A stretch of 64,000 nt of DNA from Polyangiaceae bacterium (GTDB lineage: Bacteria > Myxococcota_A > Polyangia > Polyangiales > Polyangiaceae). The position numbers were made by a program, and so were the translations under genes. Under the pieces are notes generated by a model. That model had not been told where the DNA came from and ran no database searches. It saw only the letters and a list, made by a program, of their open reading frames with translations. The stretch spans positions 224,001 to 288,000 of the forward strand of contig JBILLK010000010.1 of assembly GCA_044376115.1 (NCBI GenBank). The letters run 5' to 3'. Positions within the stretch are counted from its first letter, which is position 1. Each line of letters starts with the position of its first letter. Below are positions 19,688 to 29,738 of the stretch, in pieces.

Positions 19688-21616
19688 ATGTCGGACGCGC
19701 GACTCCGCGCTCAATGTGAAGCCCGCTTGGGCACCACCCTTCGAGGGAAGTGGGTGCTCGAGAAGCTCGTCGGAATCGGCGGGATGGCCGCGGTGTATGC
19801 GGGCGCGCACAAGATTGGCCGTCGCGACGCGATCAAGATCCTCCACGCCGAGGTCGCCAAGAGCACCGAGATCCGCACGCGCTTCGAGCAAGAGGCCGCC
19901 GTTGCGAACAGCTTCTCGCATCCGGGCGCGGTTGAGATTCGCGATATCGACGTGACCGAGGATGGCTGCCCCTTCTTGGTGATGGAGTTCCTCCAGGGCG
20001 AGACGCTCGGTGAGTGGGCGCGCCGCCTGTTCGAGAAGGGCCAGGAGTTCCCGCTCGAGGATCTGATGCGCTTCACGTCGGAGTTGCTCTCGGCGCTCGG
20101 TGCGGCTCACGCGCAGGGCATCGTGCATCGCGACATCAAGCTCGACAACGTCTTCATCACCGAGGCCGGAACGGTCAAAGTGCTCGACTTCGGTATCGCG
20201 CGACTCACGCACGGCCGGGCGATCACCGTGGCCGGCGCGCGCCTCGGGACGGCGGCGTACATGGCGCCGGAACAAGTTCGCGGTGAGCAGGTGGACGGTC
20301 GAGCCGACCTCTTCTCGGTCGGAGCGACGCTGTTCCGCCTATTGACGAAGCAGCGCATCCACGAGGCAAACTCAGAGGCCGATCTTTTCATCCGCATGGG
20401 GACTGAGCAGGCACCGGCGATTCTCAGCGTTGCGCCCGAAGTCCCCCCCGACATCGCTGCCATCGTCGACCGCTCGCTGAAGTTCAAGGCAGACCAGCGC
20501 TACCCCAACGCTGCAGCGATGGCGGCGGATGTACAGCGCGTGCGCGCCAACCTAGGCAGCAGCCAACAGAAGCGCGACGTTCAGCTTTCGCGCACCGTCC
20601 CGCTGAGCATGGCCGTCCTGCAATCTGCGGCGCAAGCACACGCATCCGCGCAATCGGTGCAACCGCAAGCGTCGGCTGCAAAAGCGACGCAAGCGCACAC
20701 TCCGCAAAGTCTCCGTGCGGCGGAACCAACGGCGGTCGGGCCCAGCGGCGACGACGGCCCCGCCTCGATCGGCAACGCCAAGACCAACGCCCTGCCAGTG
20801 CAAAGGTCGATGCCTTCGACCGTCGCAGGCCCTTCGCCCATGGGGGTGAGTCCGGGCCGTCCTTCCAGCGCGAGCCTCGCAAGCGCGAGCCAGGCGCCAC
20901 AAAGCCTCCGTGGAGGCAGTGGAGACTCGAGCGCTAGCTTCAAGGCTCTGAAGTCCTCCGACATGAACCTCGGGACCCAAGCGATGCCCAACCTCGGTTC
21001 GCTGATTTCGGCCGGGGTTTCCCATCCCCCCGCGTCGTTGCGCACCCAACAGCTTTCGCAGCCTCCGCAGTCTCCGTCGTTGCCCGCTCCTTCGGACCAG
21101 TCAGGGCGTGCGACGTATACGCCAGCTCCCAACCAAGTCCGAGCTGCGCTTCGTGAGACCAATCCCCCCGTGACACCGTCGCCGGCAAAACCGAGCGGTC
21201 CTGAATGGGTGCCTGCGGCGCCGGGTGTTGCCGTTCTTCAAGAGGCGCCGCGGAAGAGGATCTCACCTTGGATCGTGGTGGCGATCCTTGGGCTGCTCGG
21301 ACTCGCGGCCGGAGCCGTCGGCGTGCTGCTCATCCAAGGGGCGAATGCCGAATCGAGCGAAGAAGCTGAGTCCGGAGACGAGCCGCAGGATAAGAAGGGC
21401 AAGAAAGCGAAGCCGAAAACCAGCGCTGCGCCGTCGGTGGTCGCACCCGCCGCTGCACCGTCTACTGCCGCCGTGCCCGCAGCGCCCGCGCCAGCCCCCA
21501 CGCAGCAACCGATCCCCACTCCGGTGAACCCCGCGGATCCTTCGCCCAAGCCGGCGCCGAGCGGAAGCCTTCCCAAGCCGGCGTTCAGCAGCTTTAGTCT
21601 TCCCAAGTTCCGCTAA
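19688..21616 (+). CDS. Hanks-type Ser/Thr protein kinase with C-terminal TM
   Basis: GIGGMAAVY, AIKIL, HRDIKLDN, DFG, YMAPEQ; low-complexity linker; TM WIVVAILGLLGLAAGAVGVLLI. Confidence 0.95.
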   Translation: MSDARLRAQCEARLGTTLRGKWVLEKLVGIGGMAAVYAGAHKIGRRDAIKILHAEVAKSTEIRTRFEQEAAVANSFSHPGAVEIRDIDVTEDGCPFLVMEFLQGETLGEWARRLFEKGQEFPLEDLMRFTSELLSALGAAHAQGIVHRDIKLDNVFITEAGTVKVLDFGIARLTHGRAITVAGARLGTAAYMAPEQVRGEQVDGRADLFSVGATLFRLLTKQRIHEANSEADLFIRMGTEQAPAILSVAPEVPPDIAAIVDRSLKFKADQRYPNAAAMAADVQRVRANLGSSQQKRDVQLSRTVPLSMAVLQSAAQAHASAQSVQPQASAAKATQAHTPQSLRAAEPTAVGPSGDDGPASIGNAKTNALPVQRSMPSTVAGPSPMGVSPGRPSSASLASASQAPQSLRGGSGDSSASFKALKSSDMNLGTQAMPNLGSLISAGVSHPPASLRTQQLSQPPQSPSLPAPSDQSGRATYTPAPNQVRAALRETNPPVTPSPAKPSGPEWVPAAPGVAVLQEAPRKRISPWIVVAILGLLGLAAGAVGVLLIQGANAESSEEAESGDEPQDKKGKKAKPKTSAAPSVVAPAAAPSTAAVPAAPAPAPTQQPIPTPVNPADPSPKPAPSGSLPKPAFSSFSLPKFR

Positions 21617-21625
21617 TGCGAGCTG

Positions 21626-23350
21626 TCACTCCCAGGGGAAGTGACCGGTCTGGACGCGGCCGATCACAATTGCCGCTACGACAAATCCCACAATCGCAAA
21701 GGCGATAACGCCGAGGATGATGACCAACCGACTCGGTGGCTTGTCGCTGGTGACAGCCCCCGACTGAAAGGCTGCCAGAGAAGACGGAGAAACGGTGTGC
21801 CCCGTCGGCCGGTCCCTTCGGTACACCGTGGTCAAGTCTCCCCCCTCTCCGGGTTGTGGACCTGGTTGGCCAGTGGCCGGAGGTTGACTCACCTGTTGCT
21901 GAACAGCCTGTTGCTGAACCGCCTGTTGTGGACTAGCGCCGAAGCTCATCGGCCGAGACTCCGCCGCGCCAGCATACGTGGGAGAAGATTGAGGGTAGCC
22001 CGAGCGACTGGGCTGGACCGGCATCGGCACTCCCGCGTTGCGCAACGCGGCGTGACTCATCAGCTGCGTTCCAGCCACGGATGAATGGGACGACGGGTCA
22101 TCGTGAAGCCGAGGGACCTGATGGATCGCCTGCGGTGCTTGGGAGTTCGCCCTCGCCTGCTGAAGTTGCGCCACGGCGTGAGCAACGTTGCGTACCGGAA
22201 TGGCAAGCGTCGCAACATGATCCGCGCCCCCCTCACTCGTGGTGTCGTTGACGACCGGCACGTTGATGGAGGACGCATTGATAGCGAGGGTGCCGCCAAG
22301 AGCAGGACGGCGCTGGCCCTGCGCTTGTTGCAGAGCAGCCTCCCCACCCATCTGCGGCACAGAAAAACCGGGCCGCGGTTGCATGGCGGCGGGCGGCGCA
22401 ACGGCTGAAGCGTTCGACGCGTAACTTCGTGGGTCGACCATCATCACTGTAGCTGGCTGACGGTTCGATGGTTGTGGAGGCTCAGCGGAGCGAACGGGCT
22501 GCTTGAGCTCACGCCAAACCTCAAGAGCCTCTTGCGCGGACTGGAAACGGTCGGCTGGATCGCGCGCCAAGCCCTTCGCGAGGAACGCCTCGAGTCGCGG
22601 GTCCACGGGGCCCTCGAGCACTTTGGCCAGGGCGCGCGGCTCCGACTTCGTCTTCAGGTCGACCATCTGCAGGATGTTCTTCGCCGCGTAGGGCAACTGC
22701 CCGCTCATCGCCTGATAGATGAGCGTCGCACAGGCGTAGATGTCGGCTCGGTGGTCGACTGTCTTGGCCTTGCCGATCTGCTCGGGCGGCATGAACGAAA
22801 AGGTCCCGAGGCTCTGCCCCATCTCGGTCAAGGTGTCCCCACCCACCTCGCGCGGTAGTTTTGAGATGCCGAAATCAAGGATCTTTACGCGCTGCTGACC
22901 GTCGGGCCTGCGTTCCAAGAACACGTTGGAAGGCTTGAGGTCGCGGTGAACCACGCCCGCCGCATGGGCCGCTGAGAGCCCCATCCACACTTGCTCAACA
23001 ATGCCGAATAGCTCCTCGAAAGCCATCGGTCCTGTGCGCTTCAAGCGGTCGATCAGCGACTCCCCCTCGAGCAACTCAAACACCAGGACGATGCCTTGCT
23101 CGGCATCCTCCTCGACGTCGAGCACCTGGGTCACGTGATCGTTGTTGATCGCACCGGCGGCGCGAGCCTCTCGGCGAAAGCGCGCCACCGCGGAGGACTT
23201 TTGCTTCGAGTCAGCGCGCAACACCTTGACCGCAACGGTGCGCCCGGTGCGAAGGTGCTCTGCAGCGAATACCTCACCCATCCCGCCACGCCCGAGGGGT
23301 CGCAGGATCTTGTATCGCTGAGCGACAACCGCGCCCGCCTCTAGCTCCAA
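21626..23350 (-). CDS. Hanks-type Ser/Thr protein kinase with C-terminal TM
   Basis: GRGGMGEVF, AVKVL, HRDLKPSN, DFG, FMPPEQ; Gln/Pro linker; TM near the C-terminus. Confidence 0.95.
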   Translation of the reverse strand: MELEAGAVVAQRYKILRPLGRGGMGEVFAAEHLRTGRTVAVKVLRADSKQKSSAVARFRREARAAGAINNDHVTQVLDVEEDAEQGIVLVFELLEGESLIDRLKRTGPMAFEELFGIVEQVWMGLSAAHAAGVVHRDLKPSNVFLERRPDGQQRVKILDFGISKLPREVGGDTLTEMGQSLGTFSFMPPEQIGKAKTVDHRADIYACATLIYQAMSGQLPYAAKNILQMVDLKTKSEPRALAKVLEGPVDPRLEAFLAKGLARDPADRFQSAQEALEVWRELKQPVRSAEPPQPSNRQPATVMMVDPRSYASNASAVAPPAAMQPRPGFSVPQMGGEAALQQAQGQRRPALGGTLAINASSINVPVVNDTTSEGGADHVATLAIPVRNVAHAVAQLQQARANSQAPQAIHQVPRLHDDPSSHSSVAGTQLMSHAALRNAGVPMPVQPSRSGYPQSSPTYAGAAESRPMSFGASPQQAVQQQAVQQQVSQPPATGQPGPQPGEGGDLTTVYRRDRPTGHTVSPSSLAAFQSGAVTSDKPPSRLVIILGVIAFAIVGFVVAAIVIGRVQTGHFPWE

Positions 23351-23360
23351 CGAACCCCGC

Positions 23361-24422
23361 TCACTGGAAGCTTCCGATCACCGAAGCGGTTGCACCCACG
23401 AGTTGACCATCCACCGGGCCGAAGACTGGGCTTGGTGCGACCGTCCAATGAGCAGCGGCTTGCTCACCTGACACCGCTACTTCAGGCCTGGTGAAGTAGA
23501 AGACGAGCGTGGCGCCCGCCGCAGCAATCGTGGTGCCGAGGAGTACGTCGGCGACGATGTTCTTGGTGATGACGTCGTCGCGAAGCGAGGTCAGTTCACT
23601 CTCGGTTCCAACGCCATTTTGCGCGTCGAAGTCACTTTTGGCCGACGCGGCCAACCCCATGAAAACGCCTGTTCCGATGGCCGCAGCGCCGGTTACGCCG
23701 GTGAAGATCCATACGGTGATCGGCACCGGGCGTTCCAACTCAACGGGCTTCGGCTCGACCGGCGGCTTCGGACCTTGCGGCTCGGTGGGCGTCTCGCTCG
23801 CAGCGGCGGTCTTGAATTCGATCGCCCGCTCAACCTTGCTTCCGTTACCTACCTCAGCCGTCCAAACGACGTCTGGAAAGCCGTCCGCTTGGGCGGTGAA
23901 ACTGTAAGCGCCCGGGTGGAGGCCAAGCGAAGTGGAAGCGGTGATCGGGTAGCGGTTCGTCTTGGTGGTGCCGTCGCTGGCCTGCCGAGTCGCGATCAAC
24001 CGGGCGGCTGGGACGTTGCTCGTTACCGTCAGCGTGGCGAGCGCCGACTTCAGCCGCGTCAGATCGTCCCCGATTTGCTTTCGGTCCTCGGGCGCCATCT
24101 CGGTCGCGCGCTTGAGCACCTCCTCGTAGTGAGGAATCGCAGCGCCATCACGCTCGAGGTACTGCTCACAGATGGCCAAGGCGCGCAGCGCCTTCCAAGA
24201 GCCCGACAGCTCGTACGCCTTGCCGAACTCAACCGAGGCTTCCTCACAAAGGTGGCCTTGCGGAGGCTCGTTATAGAACGAGGTACCAGCCGCCATATGC
24301 ACCTTGGCCTGCTCGAGCTTGGGGTCGACGGGCTTCGGCTGCGCGTGAAGCTGGTTGGTGCACAAAAACATGCCCACCCCAAACACCGACCCTGCCCACC
24401 AGCGACCAGAACGACGCAGCAT
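23361..24422 (-). CDS. exported TPR + PEGA-like protein
   Basis: Signal-like N-terminus, TPR-like FGKAYELSG..ALRALAICE, PEGA-like LTVTSNVPAA..LHPGAY, hydrophobic C-terminal segments; start uncertain. Confidence 0.72.
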   Translation of the reverse strand: MLRRSGRWWAGSVFGVGMFLCTNQLHAQPKPVDPKLEQAKVHMAAGTSFYNEPPQGHLCEEASVEFGKAYELSGSWKALRALAICEQYLERDGAAIPHYEEVLKRATEMAPEDRKQIGDDLTRLKSALATLTVTSNVPAARLIATRQASDGTTKTNRYPITASTSLGLHPGAYSFTAQADGFPDVVWTAEVGNGSKVERAIEFKTAAASETPTEPQGPKPPVEPKPVELERPVPITVWIFTGVTGAAAIGTGVFMGLAASAKSDFDAQNGVGTESELTSLRDDVITKNIVADVLLGTTIAAAGATLVFYFTRPEVAVSGEQAAAHWTVAPSPVFGPVDGQLVGATASVIGSFQ

Positions 24423-24474
24423 CCCGGCAATGCTAACTGGCCCACGGTCAAAGGGGAACCTCCGCATGCGACCG

Positions 24475-26496
24475 TCACTCATCATCGGCTCGCAGCTTGG
24501 CCATCACTGACAGGTCCTCCAGTGTGGAGGTGTCGCCGGTGGACTCCTTGCCAGCAGCGACGTCTTTCAACAGACGCCGCATGATCTTGCCGCTGCGCGT
24601 CTTTGGCAGAGCATCTGCGAAGCGAATTTGGTCCGGTTTGGCGAACTTGCCGATCTCCTTGCCGACGTGGTCAGCGAGCGTCGCGGCCAGCTCGGCGTTG
24701 GCAGTATGTCCTGGTTTAATCGAAACAAACACCACCAAGGCCTGGCCCTTCAACTCGTCCGGGCGGCCAACCGCAGCGGCTTCGGCGACGCTGGGGTGAG
24801 AGACCAGCGCGCTCTCGATCTCCGCGGTGCCAATGCGATGGCCCGCGACATTGAGCACGTCATCGATGCGCCCGACGACCCAGTGATAACCGTCTTCATC
24901 CGCCCTGGCCCCGTCGCCGGTGAAGTAGACGCCCTCAATCTCGGAAAAGTACTGCTGCTGGAAGCGAGCGTCATCGCCCCAAACGGTGCGCAACATGCTA
25001 GGCCAAGGCCGCTCCAAAATGAGCAGACCGCCTTCATCCGCAGCGACCTTCCGGTAGCCACCAGGCGCGGCTGCGTCCTTCTTCACGACCGCAGGCTCCA
25101 CCCCGAACATCGGCAAGCCTGTTGAGCCCGGTTTGGAGAAAGAGGCGCCAGGCAGCGTGGTCATCATGATCGCGCCGGTCTCGGTTTGCCACCAGGTGTC
25201 GACGATGGGGCAGAGCCCACGCCCGATCACCTCGTGGTACCAAACCCAGGCCTCCGGATTGATCGGCTCGCCGACCGAACCGAGCAGCCGCAAACTCGAG
25301 AGGTCGTACTTGTTCGGCCACTCATTCCCTTGGCGGATGAAGGCGCGGATGGCGGTCGGAGCGGTGTACAGGATGCTGACGCCGTGCCGCTCAATCACCT
25401 TCCAAAAGCGGCCCCAATCCGGGAAGTTGGGCGCACCTTCATACATTAGGCAGGTCGCGCCGTTCGACAGAGGGCCGTACACCAAGTAGCTGTGCCCGGT
25501 GACCCAGCCGACGTCTGCGGTGCACCAATAAATATCGTCCTCGCGGATGTCGAAGACGTACTTGAAGGTCGTGTGCGTGCTCGCCAAGTAGCCCGCGGTC
25601 GAGTGCAGAACGCCCTTCGGTTTGCCAGTCGAGCCGGAGGTGTACAGGATGAAGAGCGGGTGCTCTGAGTCGACTACGATCGCCTCTTTTGCCGGCCCTT
25701 CGAGCGATTGCTTCACGACGTCGTGCCAGTAGACGTCGCGACCATCCTTCATCGTAACGGGGCAAAGGGTGGTCCCGAGGTGTTGGAACACAACCACCTT
25801 CTCGACGCTCTTGGCCTCCGGCTGCGCCACCGCTCGATCGACGACTTCTTTGAGCGCGAGCACGTTGCCACGGCGGTAGCCGCCGTCCTGCGTAATAACC
25901 ACTTTGGCCTGGCAGTCGGCGATGCGGTCGCGCAGAGCGTCCGCGGCGAACCCGCCGAAGACCACCGTATGAACGGCGCCGATACGAGCGCAGGCGAGCA
26001 TGGCCACCGCGACTTCGGGGATCATGCCCATGTAGATGGCCACGCGATCGCCCTTGCCGATGCCCATGCGCGCTAGCGCGTTCGCCAAACGAATGGTCTC
26101 GCGATGGAGCTCACCGTAGGTGACTGAGCGGGTGGCGCCCATCTCGCCTTCCCAGATGATGGCGGCCTTGTTGCGGCGGGCGCCGTGGACGTGGCGGTCG
26201 AGGCAGCTCTCGGTGATGTTGAGTTTGGCGCCGACAAACCACTCGACGAAGGGGAACTTGGCTTTGGAGGTTGCACCGCCCGCATCCCCCTTGGTTCGTT
26301 GTGTGATGGTCCACGGCTCTCGAAAGACCAATTCACTGGTTTCGCGCCGCCAAAATGTCTCAGGAGAGTCGAGGCTTTCCCTGTACAGCGCGTCATACGC
26401 TTCCCGAGTGGGAACGCGCGCGTGCGAAGAAAACTCGGCGGAGGGCGGAAAACGGCGAACTTCCTTTTGGAAGCTTTTGATTGTCTCGTCGGCCAT
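24475..26496 (-). CDS. acs: acetyl-CoA synthetase
   Basis: [57 protein letters not shown]; start taken at MADETIK. Confidence 0.97.
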   Translation of the reverse strand: MADETIKSFQKEVRRFPPSAEFSSHARVPTREAYDALYRESLDSPETFWRRETSELVFREPWTITQRTKGDAGGATSKAKFPFVEWFVGAKLNITESCLDRHVHGARRNKAAIIWEGEMGATRSVTYGELHRETIRLANALARMGIGKGDRVAIYMGMIPEVAVAMLACARIGAVHTVVFGGFAADALRDRIADCQAKVVITQDGGYRRGNVLALKEVVDRAVAQPEAKSVEKVVVFQHLGTTLCPVTMKDGRDVYWHDVVKQSLEGPAKEAIVVDSEHPLFILYTSGSTGKPKGVLHSTAGYLASTHTTFKYVFDIREDDIYWCTADVGWVTGHSYLVYGPLSNGATCLMYEGAPNFPDWGRFWKVIERHGVSILYTAPTAIRAFIRQGNEWPNKYDLSSLRLLGSVGEPINPEAWVWYHEVIGRGLCPIVDTWWQTETGAIMMTTLPGASFSKPGSTGLPMFGVEPAVVKKDAAAPGGYRKVAADEGGLLILERPWPSMLRTVWGDDARFQQQYFSEIEGVYFTGDGARADEDGYHWVVGRIDDVLNVAGHRIGTAEIESALVSHPSVAEAAAVGRPDELKGQALVVFVSIKPGHTANAELAATLADHVGKEIGKFAKPDQIRFADALPKTRSGKIMRRLLKDVAAGKESTGDTSTLEDLSVMAKLRADDE

Positions 26497-26655
26497 GGTG
26501 AGTCCCCTTTGGGCGCCGGAGGATACGCCCCCTGCCGAAAAACCGTCCCAGATTCGACGTGAACGCGTCGAGGGCGGGCACGCCAACGACTCTGTGCCCT
26601 CGTTGCCTTCGGTTCCCGTTGAACCCGTCGGCGACGTAGGCGACGCTGGCAGCCG

Positions 26656-27204
26656 ATGAATCACGATGCTTCCCAGTCGAGCCAACCTCAACAAGCTGCC
26701 GGCGGAGGCTGGGGACCGCCTCCAGGTGCGCCTCCCGGCGGAGGCTGGGGACCACCGCCCGGTGCGCCGCCCCCTCCACCCGGCGGAGGTTGGGGAGCTC
26801 CACCTGCGCCCCCCGGCGGTGGTGGATTTGGTGGTCCGCCCGGTGGCTACGGTGCGCCTCCTCTCCCTCCCGGAGGCGGCTGGGGTCCGCCGCCCGGCGC
26901 AGCCGGCACCTTCGCGGCGCCGCCCATTCCTCCCCAATTCGCCATGCAACCGGGAGCCCCCTACGGCATCGATCCGATCACCGGAATGCCCTTCTCCGAC
27001 AAGCAGAAGACCGTCGCCGGTATCTTGCAAATCGTGGTGCCGTTCGGTGCTGGCCGCTTCTACACGGGCCACACTGGAATCGCGGTCGCCCAATTGCTGA
27101 CCGCCTTCTTGTGCGGAGTTGGGGCCATCTGGTGCGTCATCGATGGGGTGATGATGCTGACGGGCAAAGTGCCGGACGCCCAAGGCCGGCCGATGCGCGA
27201 CTGA
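26656..27204 (+). CDS. TM2-domain protein with Gly/Pro/Trp-rich N-terminus
   Basis: [12 protein letters not shown]...[11 protein letters not shown]...W..IDG TM2 signature. Confidence 0.85.
   Translation: MNHDASQSSQPQQAAGGGWGPPPGAPPGGGWGPPPGAPPPPPGGGWGAPPAPPGGGGFGGPPGGYGAPPLPPGGGWGPPPGAAGTFAAPPIPPQFAMQPGAPYGIDPITGMPFSDKQKTVAGILQIVVPFGAGRFYTGHTGIAVAQLLTAFLCGVGAIWCVIDGVMMLTGKVPDAQGRPMRD
26701..26898 (+). repeat. coding repeats encoding GGGWG(P/A)PP(P)G
   Basis: Four GGGWG units (26701, 26737, 26782, 26872); the first two are near-identical 36-nt copies. Confidence 0.8.
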
Positions 27205-27386
27205 ATGACCACTGCATCCACCTTGGCTGAACCTGACGGCAACGTCGCGCGGGGTGTTACCAACCGTTCACGATCGGTTGGCCCTTGCGAGCGCTGCAGC
27301 CTTGCGGCGCGGGTCTCGGCTACGTTTCATGTTGGCGGGCATCTTGCGAAGGCGGCCCCGGCTCACGCGTAACTTAGGAGACGCTT

Positions 27387-28229
27387 ATGAAGAACTACGT
27401 CCTCACATTGGTTGCTACTGCGTTGTCTCTGGGTACGGCCCTCGACGCCGAAGCTGGGATTGAAGCCTGCGGGAACATTCGCTTCGACGAAGTGCAAAGT
27501 TGCGAACTGCGGCTGAGCGCCGAGTGCAGCGCCGGATGCAGCGAGCTCGGCGTCTACAAGACCGCCTGTGCAACCAAGCTCGTCCCGGTCTGCAAACAAG
27601 ACTGCACCCTCGACGCCACCCCGACCTGCACCGACAGCTGCACCACGCAGTGCTCGGAGGACTGCGACAACGGGGTCAACGTCATCTGCACGCACAACTG
27701 CTTCACCGAGTGCACGACCGATCGCGATGCAGAGTGCGCGGGAGCCGCAAACGTCGCTCAGTGCCAAGCGACCTGGGACGCAAACTGCGACAGCGAGTGC
27801 GATCTGCAATGTGTCACCGTCGACGGCGACTGCTACCAACACTGCGTCGAGTGTTGTGGCGGATCGTGCTCGGCCGATGCCAACATGAGCTGCCAAACTA
27901 CCTGTCAGGACGAGCTGTTCGAGGACTGTGAATATGAGTTCCGGGTGGATTGTGATGCATCCTGCAGCGGGGATGGCGCGCTTTTCTGTGACGGGGAGTT
28001 CATGATCTCCGGCTCGCAACTCCCGGCCTGCCTCGAGGAGCTCGTAGCGCAAGGGATCGGCGGGCTGGAGCTCGAGGGCGAAGTCACGATCGGTCCGGAC
28101 GGAATCGACGGTAGTGGCTCCTTCTGCACGACTAGCAACAGCGGGCGCAACACCGGAGCTTGGCCGTTGCCGTTCGTAGCGTTGGCTGCGGCCTCAGCTT
28201 GGCTGGCCCGTCGACGTCGCCAACGATGA
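27387..28229 (+). CDS. secreted Cys-rich protein with MYXO-CTERM-like anchor
   Basis: AGGAG RBS; signal peptide ending AEA; 32 Cys, many spaced CxxxC; C-terminal SFC...hydrophobic...RRRRQR. Confidence 0.8.
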   Translation: MKNYVLTLVATALSLGTALDAEAGIEACGNIRFDEVQSCELRLSAECSAGCSELGVYKTACATKLVPVCKQDCTLDATPTCTDSCTTQCSEDCDNGVNVICTHNCFTECTTDRDAECAGAANVAQCQATWDANCDSECDLQCVTVDGDCYQHCVECCGGSCSADANMSCQTTCQDELFEDCEYEFRVDCDASCSGDGALFCDGEFMISGSQLPACLEELVAQGIGGLELEGEVTIGPDGIDGSGSFCTTSNSGRNTGAWPLPFVALAAASAWLARRRRQR

Positions 28230-29116
28230 GCCCAGTCCGGCGCGGCTCCACGTTCATCAGCCTGCTCACGCTGCAGGCCTGCGCCGCCGAGCCCGAGTCC
28301 AGCCTCGCGCTCGGCCTCAGCACCGACCTCGCCTTTGGCTTTGACCTTCACCGCGTGGAGGTCAGCGCGAGCGTGGATGGCGCCCCGGTCGCGAGCGCGA
28401 GCTTCGGCGGTGGAGAGCCGCCACTGCCCGCGACGCTCGAGCTCCCACCGCACGCAGAGGAGAGCGAAGTTACGATCGCCATCCGTGCATTCCGCAAAGG
28501 AGAAACCAGCGCCTTCCTTGAACGAACCGCCACCGTCATCGGCCCAGCGTCCAACAGCTTTCTTTCGCTGGCCCTTTCGCGAGCCTGCCTCGACATCGAA
28601 TGCGAGCCCGCGTCGACGTGCGTGGAAGGTCGCTGCGTAGCGCCGCTCATCGACGACTCGCAGCTCGAAACGCCCGACCCGGCCTGGCTTGAAGCAGCGC
28701 CCGACGCCTGCCGACCCGAGGGCCAGAGCGTGAGCCCTTGGCTCTCGCTCGGACAAGGGCAAAGCTCGTTCGAAAACCTCGAGCAGCTGAGCGAGCTACC
28801 GATTGAACCGGGCGCCCAGGGCGGTCACCACCTATGGCTGGCATTGCAGAGCTTCGGACTGCGCCAGGCAGCTTCTACCTTGACCATTCGCGCGCGCTAC
28901 CCCGAGCTTGGGTTCGAGCTTCCGCTGTACGAGTCATCGATCAACCTGCGCGTAACCGCGGGCGACGTCTGCGAGATCTATGGGGTCCGCTTGCAGGTGG
29001 ACCGCGGCATCGAGGTGGAGCAAGTGCGCGGAAAGAAGCTGGAGCTCGAGGTAGAGCTCAGCGACAGCGCCGGCGGCAGCGCGCAGGCTCAACAGACTGT
29101 CGTGATCGCGCCCTGA
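28226..29116 (+). CDS. putative lipoprotein
   Basis: ATGA overlap with upstream gene; lipobox-like LQAC; C-terminal GAQGGHH motif. Confidence 0.7.
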   Translation: MSPVRRGSTFISLLTLQACAAEPESSLALGLSTDLAFGFDLHRVEVSASVDGAPVASASFGGGEPPLPATLELPPHAEESEVTIAIRAFRKGETSAFLERTATVIGPASNSFLSLALSRACLDIECEPASTCVEGRCVAPLIDDSQLETPDPAWLEAAPDACRPEGQSVSPWLSLGQGQSSFENLEQLSELPIEPGAQGGHHLWLALQSFGLRQAASTLTIRARYPELGFELPLYESSINLRVTAGDVCEIYGVRLQVDRGIEVEQVRGKKLELEVELSDSAGGSAQAQQTVVIAP

Positions 29117-29161
29117 GACAAGGCGCAGCAAAGGCTTGACGCACCGCGGGCCACTGGTCAT

Positions 29162-29647
29162 ATGCACAGCATGAAAGCCCGCCTCAAGACCCCCGTTGCG
29201 TCTGTCGAGTCCATGCTCGCCGTCGTCGAGCTTTTTCGCGGCCCGCTCAAGGGTGTGGTCTTCCCGGGCGTGGATGCCACGGTACTCCAAACCGCCGTTG
29301 AAAACATCGAGCGTTCCACCGCAGCGATCGCGACGGCCCAGGCGGAGCTCGAGGCCGCGCAAAACGCCCTCGTTGAACAGCAGAACGCGCTGTTCGTGAA
29401 GGTGCACCAGGCCATGGCTTACGCTCGCGTCTTCGCCGAGACGAACCCTGAGCTAATGAGCGAGCTCGAGCGCATTTCGCTGCCCAAGCGCAACACCGCT
29501 ACTCCGCGCAGCAGCGCTGAAAAGGCCCCCGAAGAAAAGCCGGATGGGGAGCTTGCAGAGCCCGCTGCCGCTGTTGAAGTTGCCACCCCCGCAAGGCGCA
29601 AGCGCGGCCCAAAAGAGCCCGCTGAACCCACAGCAAGTGAAGAGTAG
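29162..29647 (+). CDS. hypothetical coiled-coil protein
   Basis: Helical, Ala/Glu-rich ORF with a charged tail; fills the gap between genes. Confidence 0.7.
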   Translation: MHSMKARLKTPVASVESMLAVVELFRGPLKGVVFPGVDATVLQTAVENIERSTAAIATAQAELEAAQNALVEQQNALFVKVHQAMAYARVFAETNPELMSELERISLPKRNTATPRSSAEKAPEEKPDGELAEPAAAVEVATPARRKRGPKEPAEPTASEE

Positions 29648-29738
29648 AGCTGGGGCTTGGTTCCATGCGAGCTTGGGCGCCGACAAGCAACTCGTAACTA
29701 GCTGCGGTTAGCAAGCTGGTTGGGCTACAGGTCAAAGG

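Noticed and set aside
21890..21930. QQAVQQQAVQQQ repeat in the kinase linker
   Set aside because: Ordinary low-complexity linker
26497..27183. 229-aa N-terminal extension of Acs in the ORF track (902 aa)
   Set aside because: It is the antisense shadow of the TM2 gene plus intergenic DNA; Acs homology begins at MADETIK (26496)
27387..28229. Multiheme cytochrome or metallothionein interpretation of the Cys-rich protein
   Set aside because: No CxxCH motifs; the export signal suggests disulfides
29136..29164. TTGACG -35-like box before the hypothetical gene
   Set aside because: The -10 match is poor, so it cannot be supported without TSS data
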